Shown here: one piece after another, positions 37,901 through 50,200 of the stretch
Layout: each line of letters begins with the position of its first letter
How positions within the stretch are numbered: the first letter of the stretch is position 1
Source: Eledone cirrhosa
Lineage: Eukaryota
Direction: 5' to 3'
Assembly (NCBI GenBank): GCA_964016885.1
Contig: CAXHJY010000442.1
Span: 62,001-126,000, forward strand
DNA: 64,000 nt
Made by a program: the position numbers and the translations under genes
The notes under the pieces: generated by a model
What the model saw: only the letters and a program-made list of their open reading frames with translations
The model's database searches: none
Told to the model about the DNA's origin: nothing

Positions 37901-40900
37901 CGGTCGGATCGATCTGTAATTACTGGTACATGTGCAGATACTCATTGGCTATGTGTGGCGTGAATTTCAGCAAGATATCTCCGTAAAATCAATAGTTGTG
38001 GCTGTGGAACCAAACCGTGTTAAACGTCAACAAACTCCGCCGGCGAATGGTGTGCTTCGAAGAAAACGAATCCAAAAATGACGATTAGCCGGCGGATTTA
38101 CCTTTTCAATCGCGGGCCGGCCGCCCGTGGTCGGATCGATCTGTAATTACTGGTACATGTGCAGACACTCATTGGCTATGTGTGGCGTGAATTTCAGCAA
38201 GATATCTCCGTAAAATCAATAGTTGTGGCTGTGGAACCAAACCGTGTTAAACGTCAACAAAGTCCGCCGGCGAATGGTGTGCTTCGAAGAAAACGAATCC
38301 AAAAATGACGATTAGCCGGCGGATTTACCTTTTCAATCGCGGGCCGGCCGCCCGTGGTCGGATCGATCTGTAATTACTGGTACATGTGCAGACACTCATT
38401 GGCTATGTGTGGCGTGAATTTCAGCAAGATATCTCCGTAAAATCAATAGTTGTGGCTGTGGAACCAAACCGTGTTAAACGTCAACAAAGTCCGCCGGCGA
38501 ATGGTGTGCTTCGAAGAAAACGAATCCAAAAATGACGATTAGCCGGCGGATTTACCTTTTCAATCGCGGGCCGGCCGCCCGTGGTCGGATCGATCTGTAA
38601 TTACTGGTACATGTGCAGAGACTTATTGGCTATGTGTGGCGTGAATTTCAGCAAGATATCTCCGTAAAATCAATAGTTGTGACTGTGGAACCAAACCGTG
38701 TTAAACGTCAACAAAGTCCGCCGGCGAATGGTGTGCTTCGAAGAAAACGAATCCAAAAATGACGATTAGCCGGCGGATTTACCTTTTTAATCGCGGGCCG
38801 GCCGCCCGCGGTCGGATCGATCTGTAATTACTGGTACATGTGCAGATACTCATTGGCTATGTGTGGCGTGAATTTCAGCAAGATATCTCCGTAAAATCAA
38901 TAGTTGTGGCTGTGGAACCAAACCGTGTTAAACGTCAACAAAGTCCGCCGGCGAATGGTGTGCTTCGAAGAAAACGAATCCAAAAATGACGATTAGCCGG
39001 CGGATTTACCTTTTCAATCGCGGGCCGGCCGCCCGTGGTCGGATCGATCTGTAATTACTGGTACATGTGCAGACACTCATTGGCTATGTGTGGCGTGAAT
39101 TTCAGCAAGATATCTCCGTAAAATCAATAGTTGTGGCTGTGGAATCAAACCGTGTTAAACGTCAACAAAGTCCGCCGGCGAATGGTGTGCTTCGAAGAAA
39201 ACGAATCCAAAAATGACGATTAGCCGGCGGATTTACCTTTTCAATCGCGGGCCGGCCGCCCGTGGTCGGATCGATCTGTAATTACTGGTACATGTGCAGA
39301 CACTCATTGGCTATGTGTGGCGTGAATTTCAGCAAGATATCTCCGTAAAATCAATAGTTGTGGCTGTGGAACCAAACCGTGTTAAACGTCAACAAAGTCC
39401 GCCGGCGAATGGTGTGCTTCGAAGAAAACGAATCCAAAAATGACGATTAGCCGGCGGATTTACCTTTTCAATCGCGGGCCGGCCGCCCGTGGTCGGATCG
39501 ATCTGTAATTACTGGTACATGTGCAGACACTTATTGGCTATGTGTGGCGTGAATTTCAGCAAGATATCTCCGTAAAATCAATAGTTGTGGCTGTGGAACC
39601 AAACCGTGTTAAACGTCAACAAAGTCCGCCGGCGAATGGTGTGCTTCGAAGAAAACGAATCCAAAAACGACGATTAGCCGGCGGATTTACCTTTTTAATC
39701 GCGGGCCGGCCGCCCGCGGTCGGATCGATCTGTAATTACTGGTACATGTGCAGATACTCATTGGCTATGTGTGGCGTGAATTTCAGCAAGATATCTCCGT
39801 AAAATCAATAGTTGTGGCTGTGGAACCAAACCGTGTTAAACGTCAACAAACTCCGCCGGCGAATGGTGTGCTTCGAAGAAAACGAATCCAAAAATGACGA
39901 TTAGCCGGCGGATTTACCTTTTCAATCGCGGGCCGGCCGCCCGCGGTCGGATCGATCTGTAATTACTGGTACATGTGCAGATACTCATTGGCTATGTGTG
40001 GCGTGAATTTCAGCAAGATATCTCCGTAAAATCAATAGTTGTGGCTGTGGAACCAAACCGTGTTAAACGTCAACAAAGTCCGCCGGCGAATGGTGTGCTT
40101 CGAAGAAAACGAATCCAAAAATGACGATTAGCCGGCGGATTTACCTTTTTAATCGCGGGCCGGCCGCCCGCGGTCGGATCGATCTGTAATTACTGGTACA
40201 TGTGCAGATACTCATTGGCTATGTGTGGCGTGAATTTCAGCAAGATATCTCCGTAAAATCAATAGTTGTGGCTGTGGAACCAAACCGTGTTAAACGTCAA
40301 CAAAGTCCGCCGGCGAATGGTGTGCTTCGAAGAAAACGAATCCAAAAATGACGATTAGCCGGCGGATTTACCTTTTCAATCGCGGGCCGGCCGCCCGTGG
40401 TCGGATCGATCTGTAATTACTGGTACATGTGCAGACACTCATTGGCTATGTGTGGCGTGAATTTCAGCAAGATATCTCCGTAAAATCAATAGTTGTGGCT
40501 GTGGAACCAAACCGTGTTAAACGTCAACAAAGTCCGCCGGCGAATGGTGTGCTTCGAAGAAAACGAATCCAAAAATGACGATTAGCCGGCGGATTTACCT
40601 TTTTAATCGCGGGCCGGCCGCCCGCGGTCGGATCGATCTGTAATTACTGGTACATGTGCAGACACTCATTGGCTATGTGTGGCGTGAATTTCAGCAAGAT
40701 ATCTCCGTAAAATCAATAGTTGTGGCTGTGGAACCAAACCGTGTTAAACGTCAACAAAGTCCGCCGGCGAATGGTGTGCTTCGAAGAAAACGAATCCAAA
40801 AATGACGATTAGCCGGCGGATTTACCTTTTCAATCGCGGGCCGGCCGCCCGTGGTCGGATCGATCTGTAATTACTTGTACATGTGCAGAGACTTATTGGC

Positions 40901-43900
40901 TATGTGTGGCGTGAATTTCAGCAAGATATCTCCGTAAAATCAATAGTTGTGACTGTGGAACCAAACCGTGTTAAACGTCAACAAAGTCCGCCGGCGAATG
41001 GTGTGCTTCGAAGAAAACGAATCCAAAAATGACGATTAGCCGGCGGATTTACCTTTTTAATCGCGGGCCGGCCGCCCGCGGTCGGATCGATCTGTAATTA
41101 CTGGTACATGTGCAGATACTCATTGGCTATGTGTGGCGTGAATTTCAGCAAGATATCTCCGTAAAATCAATAGTTGTGGCTGTGGAACCAAACCGTGTTA
41201 AACGTCAACAAAGTCCGCCGGCGAATGGTGTGCTTCGAAGAAAACGAATCCAAAAATGACGATTAGCCGGCGGATTTACCTTTTTAATCGCGGGCCGGCC
41301 GCCCGCGGTCGGATCGATCTGTAATTACTGGTACATGTGCAGATACTCATTGGCTATGTGTGGCGTGAATTTCAGCAAGATATCTCCGTAAAATCAATAG
41401 TTGTGGCTGTGGAACCAAACCGTGTTAAACGTCAACAAACTCCGCCGGCGAATGGTGTGCTTCGAAGAAAACGAATCCAAAAATGACGATTAGCCGGCGG
41501 ATTTACCTTTTCAATCGCGGGCCGGCCGCCCGTGGTCGGATCGATCTGTAATTACTGGTACATGTGCAGACACTCATTGGCTATGTGTGGCGTGAATTTC
41601 AGCAAGATATCTCCGTAAAATCAATAGTTGTGGCTGTGGAACCAAACCGTGTTAAACGTCAACAAAGTCCGCCGGCGAATGGTGTGCTTCGAAGAAAACG
41701 AATCCAAAAATGACGATTAGCCGGCGGATTTACCTTTTTAATCGCGGGCCGGCCGCCCGCGGTCGGATCGATCTGTAATTACTGGTACATGTGCAGATAC
41801 TCATTGGCTATGTGTGGCGTGAATTTCAGCAAGATATCTCCGTAAAATCAATAGTTGTGGCTGTGGAACCAAACCGTGTTAAACGTCAACAAAGTCCGCC
41901 GGCGAATGGTGTGCTTCGAAGAAAACGAATCAAAAAATGACGATTAGCCGGCGGATTTACCTTTTCCATCGCGGGCCGGCCGCCCGTGGTCGGATCGATC
42001 TGTAATTACTGGTACATGTGCAGACACTCATTGGCTATGTGTGGCGTGAATTTCAGCAAGATATCTCCGTAAAATCAATAGTTGTGGCTGTGGAACCAAA
42101 CCGTGTTAAACGTCAACAAACTCCGCCGGCGAATGGTGTGCTTCGAAGAAAACGAATCCAAAAATGACGATTAGCCGGCGGATTTACCTTTTCAATCGCG
42201 GGCCGGCCGCCCGTGGTCGGATCGATCTGTAATTACTGGTACATGTGCAGACACTTATTGGCTATGTGTGGCGTGAATTTCAGCAAGATATCTCCGTAAA
42301 ATCAATAGTTGTGGCTGTGGAACCAAACCGTGTTAAACGTCAACAAAGTCCGCCGGCGAATGGTGTGCTTCGAAGAAAACGAATCCAAAAATGACGATTA
42401 GCCGGCGGATTTACCTTTTTAATCGCGGGCCGGCCGCCCGCGGTCGGATCGATCTGTAATTACTGGTACATGTGCAGATACTCATTGGCTATGTGTGGCG
42501 TGAATTTCAGCAAGATATCTCCGTAAAATCAATAGTTGTGGCTGTGGAACCAAACCGTGTTAAACGTCAACAAAGTCCGCCGGCGAATGGTGTGCTTCGA
42601 AGAAAACGAATCCAAAAATGACGATTAGCCGGCGGATTTACCTTTTTAATCGCGGGCCGGCCGCCCGCGGTCGGATCGATCTGTAATTACTGGTACATGT
42701 GCAGATACTCATTGGCTATGTGTGGCGTGAATTTCAGCAAGATATCTCCGTAAAATCAATAGTTGTGGCTGTGGAACCAAACCGTGTTAAACGTCAACAA
42801 ACTCCGCCGGCGAATGGTGTGCTTCGAAGAAAACGAATCCAAAAATGACGATTAGCCGGCGGATTTACCTTTTCAATCGCGGGCCGGCCGCCCGTGGTCG
42901 GATCGATCTGTAATTACTGGTACATGTGCAGACACTCATTGGCTATGTGTGGCGTGAATTTCAGCAAGATATCTCCGTAAAATCAATAGTTGTGGCTGTG
43001 GAACCAAACCGTGTTAAACGTCAACAAAGTCCGCCGGCGAATGGTGTGCTTCGAAGAAAACGAATCCAAAAATGACGATTAGCCGGCGGATTTACCTTTT
43101 CAATCGCGGGCCGGCCGCCCGTGGTCGGATCGATCTGTAATTACTGGTACATGTGCAGACACTCATTGGCTATGTGTGGCGTGAATTTCAGCAAGATATC
43201 TCCGTAAAATCAATAGTTGTGGCTGTGGAACCAAACCGTGTTAAACGTCAACAAAGTCCGCCGGCGAATGGTGTGCTTCGAAGAAAACGAATCCAAAAAT
43301 GACGATTAGCCGGCGGATTTACCTTTTCAATCGCGGGCCGGCCGCCCGTGGTCGGATCGATCTGTAATTACTGGTACATGTGCAGAGACTTATTGGCTAT
43401 GTGTGGCGTGAATTTCAGCAAGATATCTCCGTAAAATCAATAGTTGTGACTGTGGAACCAAACCGTGTTAAACGTCAACAAAGTCCGCCGGCGAATGGTG
43501 TGCTTCGAAGAAAACGAATCCAAAAATGACGATTAGCCGGCGGATTTACCTTTTTAATCGCGGGCCGGCCGCCCGCGGTCGGATCGATCTGTAATTACTG
43601 GTACATGTGCAGATACTCATTGGCTATGTGTGGCGTGAATTTCAGCAAGATATCTCCGTAAAATCAATAGTTGTGGCTGTGGAACCAAACCGTGTTAAAC
43701 GTCAACAAAGTCCGCCGGCGAATGGTGTGCTTCGAAGAAAACGAATCCAAAAATGACGATTAGCCGGCGGATTTACCTTTTCAATCGCGGGCCGGCCGCC
43801 CGTGGTCGGATCGATCTGTAATTACTGGTACATGTGCAGACACTCATTGGCTATGTGTGGCGTGAATTTCAGCAAGATATCTCCGTAAAATCAATAGTTG

Positions 43901-44492
43901 TGGCTGTGGAATCAAACCGTGTTAAACGTCAACAAAGTCCGCCGGCGAATGGTGTGCTTCGAAGAAAACGAATCCAAAAATGACGATTAGCCGGCGGATT
44001 TACCTTTTCAATCGCGGGCCGGCCGCCCGTGGTCGGATCGATCTGTAATTACTGGTACATGTGCAGACACTCATTGGCTATGTGTGGCGTGAATTTCAGC
44101 AAGATATCTCCGTAAAATCAATAGTTGTGGCTGTGGAACCAAACCGTGTTAAACGTCAACAAAGTCCGCCGGCGAATGGTGTGCTTCGAAGAAAACGAAT
44201 CCAAAAATGACGATTAGCCGGCGGATTTACCTTTTCAATCGCGGGCCGGCCGCCCGTGGTCGGATCGATCTGTAATTACTGGTACATGTGCAGACACTTA
44301 TTGGCTATGTGTGGCGTGAATTTCAGCAAGATATCTCCGTAAAATCAATAGTTGTGGCTGTGGAACCAAACCGTGTTAAACGTCAACAAAGTCCGCCGGC
44401 GAATGGTGTGCTTCGAAGAAAACGAATCCAAAAACGACGATTAGCCGGCGGATTTACCTTTTTAATCGCGGGCCGGCCGCCCGCGGTCGGAT
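34959..44492 (+). repeat. Tandem duplication of a 21-monomer block (4767 bp x 2)
   Basis: Private T16 at 36109/40876, A164 at 37165/41932, T101 at 39145/43912, C170 at 39668/44435, recombinant monomers at 34959/39726. All offsets are 4767 bp. Confidence 0.92.
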
Positions 44493-47216
44493 CGATCTGT
44501 AATTACTGGTACATGTGCAGATACTCATTGGCTATGTGTGGCGTGAATTTCAGCAAGATATCTCCGTAAAATCAATAGTTGTGGCTGTGGAACCAAACCG
44601 TGTTAAACGTCAACAAAGTCCGCCGGCGAATGGTGTGCTTCGAAGAAAACGAATCCAAAAATGACGATTAGCCGGCGGATTTACCTTTTTAATCGCGGGC
44701 CGGCCGCCCGCGGTCGGATCGATCTGTAATTACTGGTACATGTGCAGACACTCATTGGCTATGTGTGGCGTGAATTTCAGCAAGATATCTCCGTAAAATC
44801 AATAGTTGTGGCTGTGGAACCAAACCGTGTTAAACGTCAACAAAGTCCGCCGGCGAATGGTGTGCTTCGAAGAAAACGAATCCAAAAATGACGATTAGCC
44901 GGCGGATTTACCTTTTTAATCGCGGGCCGGCCGCCCGCGGTCGGATCGATCTGTAATTACGGGTACATGTGCAGACACTCATTGGCTATGTGTGGCGTGA
45001 ATTTCAGCAAGATATCTCCGTAAAATCAATAGTTGTGGCTGTGGAACCAAACCGTGTTAAACGTCAACAAAGTCCGCCGGCGAATGGTGTGCTTCGAAGA
45101 AAACGAATCCAAAAATGACGATTAGCCGGCGGATTTACCTTTTCAATCGCGGGCCGGCCGCCCGTGGTCGGATCGATCTGTAATTACTGGTACATGTGCA
45201 GACACTTATTGGCTATGTGTGGCGTGAATTTCAGCAAGATATCTCCGTAAAATCAATAGTTGTGGCTGTGGAACCAAACCGTGTTAAACGTCAACAAAGT
45301 CCGCCGGCGAATGGTGTGCTTCGAAGAAAACGAATCCAAAAATGACGATTAGCCGGCGGATTTACCTTTTTAATCGCGGGCCGGCCGCCCGCGGTCGGAT
45401 CGATCTGTAATTACTGGTACATGTGCAGATACTCATTGGCTATGTGTGGCGTGAATTTCAGCAAGATATCTCCGTAAAATCAATAGTTGTGGCTGTGGAA
45501 CCAAACCGTGTTAAACGTCAACAAAGTCCGCCGGCGAATGGTGTGCTTCGAAGAAAACGAATCCAAAAATGACGATTAGCCGGCGGATTTACCTTTTTAA
45601 TCGCGGGCCGGCCGCCCGCGGTCGGATCGATCTGTAATTACTGGTACATGTGCAGACACTCATTGGCTATGTGTGGCGTGAATTTCAGCAAGATATCTCC
45701 GTAAAATCAATAGTTGTGGCTGTGGAACCAAACCGTGTTAAACGTCAACAAAGTCCGCCGGCGAATGGTGTGCTTCGAAGAAAACGAATCCAAAAATGAC
45801 GATTAGCCGGCGGATTTACCTTTTTAATCGCGGGCCGGCCGCCCGCGGTCGGATCGATCTGTAATTACTGGTACATGTGCAGACACTCATTGGCTATGTG
45901 TGGCGTGAATTTCAGCAAGATATCTCCGTAAAATCAATAGTTGTGGCTGTGGAGCCAAACCGTGTTAAACGTCAACAAAGTCCGCCGGCGAATGGTGTGC
46001 TTCGAAGAAAACGAATCCAAAAATGACGATTAGCCGGCGGATTTACCTTTTCAATCGCGGGCCGGCCGCCCGTGGTCGGATCGATCTGTAATTACTGGTA
46101 CATGTGCAGACACTCATTGGCTATGTGTGGCGTGAATTTCAGCAAGATATCTCCGTAAAATCAATAGTTGTGGCTGTGGAACCAAACCGTGTTAAACGTC
46201 AACAAAGTCCGCCGGCGAATGGTGTGCTTCGAAGAAAACGAATCCAAAAATGACGATTAGCCGGCGGATATACCTTTTTAATCGCGGGCCGGCCGCCCGC
46301 GGTCGGATCGATCTGTAATTACTGGTACATGTGCAGACACTCATTGGCTATGTGTGGCGTGAATTTCAGCAAGATATCTCCGTAAAATCAATAGTTGTGG
46401 CTGTGGAACCAAACCGTGTTAAACGTCAACAAAGTCCGCCGGCGAATGGTGTGCTTCGAAGAAAACGAATCCAAAAATGACGATTAGCCGGCGGATTTAC
46501 CTTTTTAATCGCGGGCCGGCCGCCCGCGGTCGGATCGATCTGTAATTACTGGTACATGTGCAGACACTCATTGGCTATGTGTGGCGTGAATTTCAGCAAG
46601 ATATCTCCGTAAAATCAATAGTTGTGGCTGTGGAACCAAACCGTGTTAAACGTCAACAAAGTCCGCCGGCGAATGGTGTGCTTCGAAGAAAACGAATCCA
46701 AAAATGACGATTAGCCGGCGGATTTACCTTTTTAATCGCGGGCCGGCCGCCCGCGGTCGGATCGATCTGTAATTACTGGTACATGTGCAGACACTCATTG
46801 GCTATGTGTGGCGTGAATTTCAGCAAGATATCTCCGTAAAATCAATAGTTGTGGCTGTGGAACCAAACCGTGTTAAACGTCAACAAAGTCCGCCGGCGAA
46901 TGGTGTGCTTCGAAGAAAACGAATCCAAAAATGACGATTAGCCGGCGGATTTACCTTTTTAATCGCGGGCCGGCCGCCCGCGGTCGGATCGATCTGTAAT
47001 TACTGGTACATGTGCAGACACTCATTGGCTATGTGTGGCGTGAATTTCAGCAAGATATCTCCGTAAAATCAATAGTTGTGGCTGTGGAACCAAACCGTGT
47101 TAAACGTCAACAAAGTCCGCCGGCGAATGGTGTGCTTCGAAGAAAACGAATCCAAAAATGACGATTAGCCGGCGGATTTACCTTTTCAATCGCGGGCCGG
47201 CCGCCCGTGGTCGGAT

Positions 47217-50200
47217 CGATCTGTAATTACTGGTACATGTGCAGACACTCATTGGCTATGTGTGGCGTGAATTTCAGCAAGATATCTCCGTAAAATCAAT
47301 AGTTGTGGCTGTGGAATCAAACCGTGTTAAACGTCAACAAAGTCCGCCGGCGAATGGTGTGCTTCGAAGAAAACGAATCCAAAAATGACGATTAGCCGGC
47401 GGATTTACCTTTTTAATCGCGGGCCGGCCGCCCGCGGTCGGATCGATCTGTAATTACTGGTACATGTGCAGACACTCATTGGCTATGTGTGGCGTGAATT
47501 TCAGCAAGATATCTCCGTAAAATCAATAGTTGTGGCTGTGGAACCAAACCGTGTTAAACGTCAACAAAGTCCGCCGGCGAATGGTGTGCTTCGAAGAAAA
47601 CGAATCCAAAAATGACGATTAGCCGGCGGATTTACCTTTTTAATCGCGGGCCGGCCGCCCGCGGTCGGATCGATCTGTAATTACTGGTACATGTGCAGAC
47701 ACTCATTGGCTATGTGTGGCGTGAATTTCAGCAAGATATCTCCGTAAAATCAATAGTTGTGGCTGTGGAACCAAACCGTGTTAAACGTCAACAAAGTCCG
47801 CCGGCGAATGGTGTGCTTCGAAGAAAACGAATCCAAAAATGACGATTAGCCGGCGGATTTACCTTTTCAATCGCGGGCCGGCCGCCCGTGGTCGGATCGA
47901 TCTGTAATTACTGGTACATGTGCAGACACTTATTGGCTATGTGTGGCGTGAATTTCAGCAAGATATCTCCGTAAAATCAATAGTTGTGGCTGTGGAACCA
48001 AACCGTGTTAAACGTCAACAAAGTCCGCCGGCGAATGGTGTGCTTCGAAGAAAACGAATCCAAAAATGACGATTAGCCGGCGGATTTACCTTTTTAATCG
48101 CGGGCCGGCCGCCCGCGGTCGGATCGATCTGTAATTACTGGTACATGTGCAGATACTCATTGGCTATGTGTGGCGTGAATTTCAGCAAGATATCTCCGTA
48201 AAATCAATAGTTGTGGCTGTGGAACCAAACCGTGTTAAACGTCAACAAAGTCCGCCGGCGAATGGTGTGCTTCGAAGAAAACGAATCCAAAAATGACGAT
48301 TAGCCGGCGGATTTACCTTTTTAATCGCGGGCCGGCCGCCCGCGGTCGGATCGATCTGTAATTACTGGTACATGTGCAGACACTCATTGGCTATGTGTGG
48401 CGTGAATTTCAGCAAGATATCTCCGTAAAATCAATAGTTGTGGCTGTGGAACCAAACCGTGTTAAACGTCAACAAAGTCCGCCGGCGAATGGTGTGCTTC
48501 GAAGAAAACGAATCCAAAAATGACGATTAGCCGGCGGATTTACCTTTTCAATCGCGGGCCGGCCGCCCGTGGTCGGATCGATCTGTAATTACTGGTACAT
48601 GTGCAGACACTCATTGGCTATGTGTGGCGTGAATTTCAGCAAGATATCTCCGTAAAATCAATAGTTGTGGCTGTGGAATCAAACCGTGTTAAACGTCAAC
48701 AAAGTCCGCCGGCGAATGGTGTGCTTCGAAGAAAACGAATCCAAAAATGACGATTAGCCGGCGGATTTACCTTTTTAATCGCGGGCCGGCCGCCCGCGGT
48801 CGGATCGATCTGTAATTACTGGTACATGTGCAGACACTCATTGGCTATGTGTGGCGTGAATTTCAGCAAGATATCTCCGTAAAATCAATAGTTGTGGCTG
48901 TGGAACCAAACCGTGTTAAACGTCAACAAAGTCCGCCGGCGAATGGTGTGCTTCGAAGAAAACGAATCCAAAAATGACGATTAGCCGGCGGATTTACCTT
49001 TTTAATCGCGGGCCGGCCGCCCGCGGTCGGATCGATCTGTAATTACTGGTACATGTGCAGACACTCATTGGCTATGTGTGGCGTGAATTTCAGCAAGATA
49101 TCTCCGTAAAATCAATAGTTGTGGCTGTGGAACCAAACCGTGTTAAACGTCAACAAAGTCCGCCGGCGAATGGTGTGCTTCGAAGAAAACGAATCCAAAA
49201 ATGACGATTAGCCGGCGGATTTACCTTTTCAATCGCGGGCCGGCCGCCCGTGGTCGGATCGATCTGTAATTACTGGTACATGTGCAGACACTTATTGGCT
49301 ATGTGTGGCGTGAATTTCAGCAAGATATCTCCGTAAAATCAATAGTTGTGGCTGTGGAACCAAACCGTGTTAAACGTCAACAAAGTCCGCCGGCGAATGG
49401 TGTGCTTCGAAGAAAACGAATCCAAAAATGACGATTAGCCGGCGGATTTACCTTTTTAATCGCGGGCCGGCCGCCCGCGGTCGGATCGATCTGTAATTAC
49501 TGGTACATGTGCAGATACTCATTGGCTATGTGTGGCGTGAATTTCAGCAAGATATCTCCGTAAAATCAATAGTTGTGGCTGTGGAACCAAACCGTGTTAA
49601 ACGTCAACAAAGTCCGCCGGCGAATGGTGTGCTTCGAAGAAAACGAATCCAAAAATGACGATTAGCTGGCGGATTTACCTTTTTAATCGCGGGCCGGCCG
49701 CCCGCGGTCGGATCGATCTGTAATTACTGGTACATGTGCAGACACTCATTGGCTATGTGTGGCGTGAATTTCAGCAAGATATCTCCGTAAAATCAATAGT
49801 TGTGGCTGTGGAACCAAACCGTGTTAAACGTCAACAAAGTCCGCCGGCGAATGGTGTGCTTCGAAGAAAACGAATCCAAAAATGACGATTAGCCGGCGGA
49901 TTTACCTTTTTAATCGCGGGCCGGCCGCCCGCGGTCGGATCGATCTGTAATTACTGGTACATGTGCAGACACTCATTGGCTATGTGTGGCGTGAATTTCA
50001 GCAAGATATCTCCGTAAAATCAATAGTTGTGGCTGTGGAACCAAACCGTGTTAAACGTCAACAAAGTCCGCCGGCGAATGGTGTGCTTCGAAGAAAACGA
50101 ATCCAAAAATGACGATTAGCCGGCGGATTTACCTTTTTAATCGCGGGCCGGCCGCCCGCGGTCGGATCGATCTGTAATTACTGGTACATGTGCAGACACT

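Noticed and set aside
39521-39802. 93-aa ORF MQTLIGYVWREF..., with the same translation at 44288-44569 and 60859-61140
   Set aside because: It starts at GTG within the satellite and exists only because T170C (39668, 44435, 61006) turns TGA into CGA. It runs into the next monomer in a shifted frame (227 is not a multiple of 3) and resembles no protein I recognise. Two of the three copies are just the 21-mer duplication.
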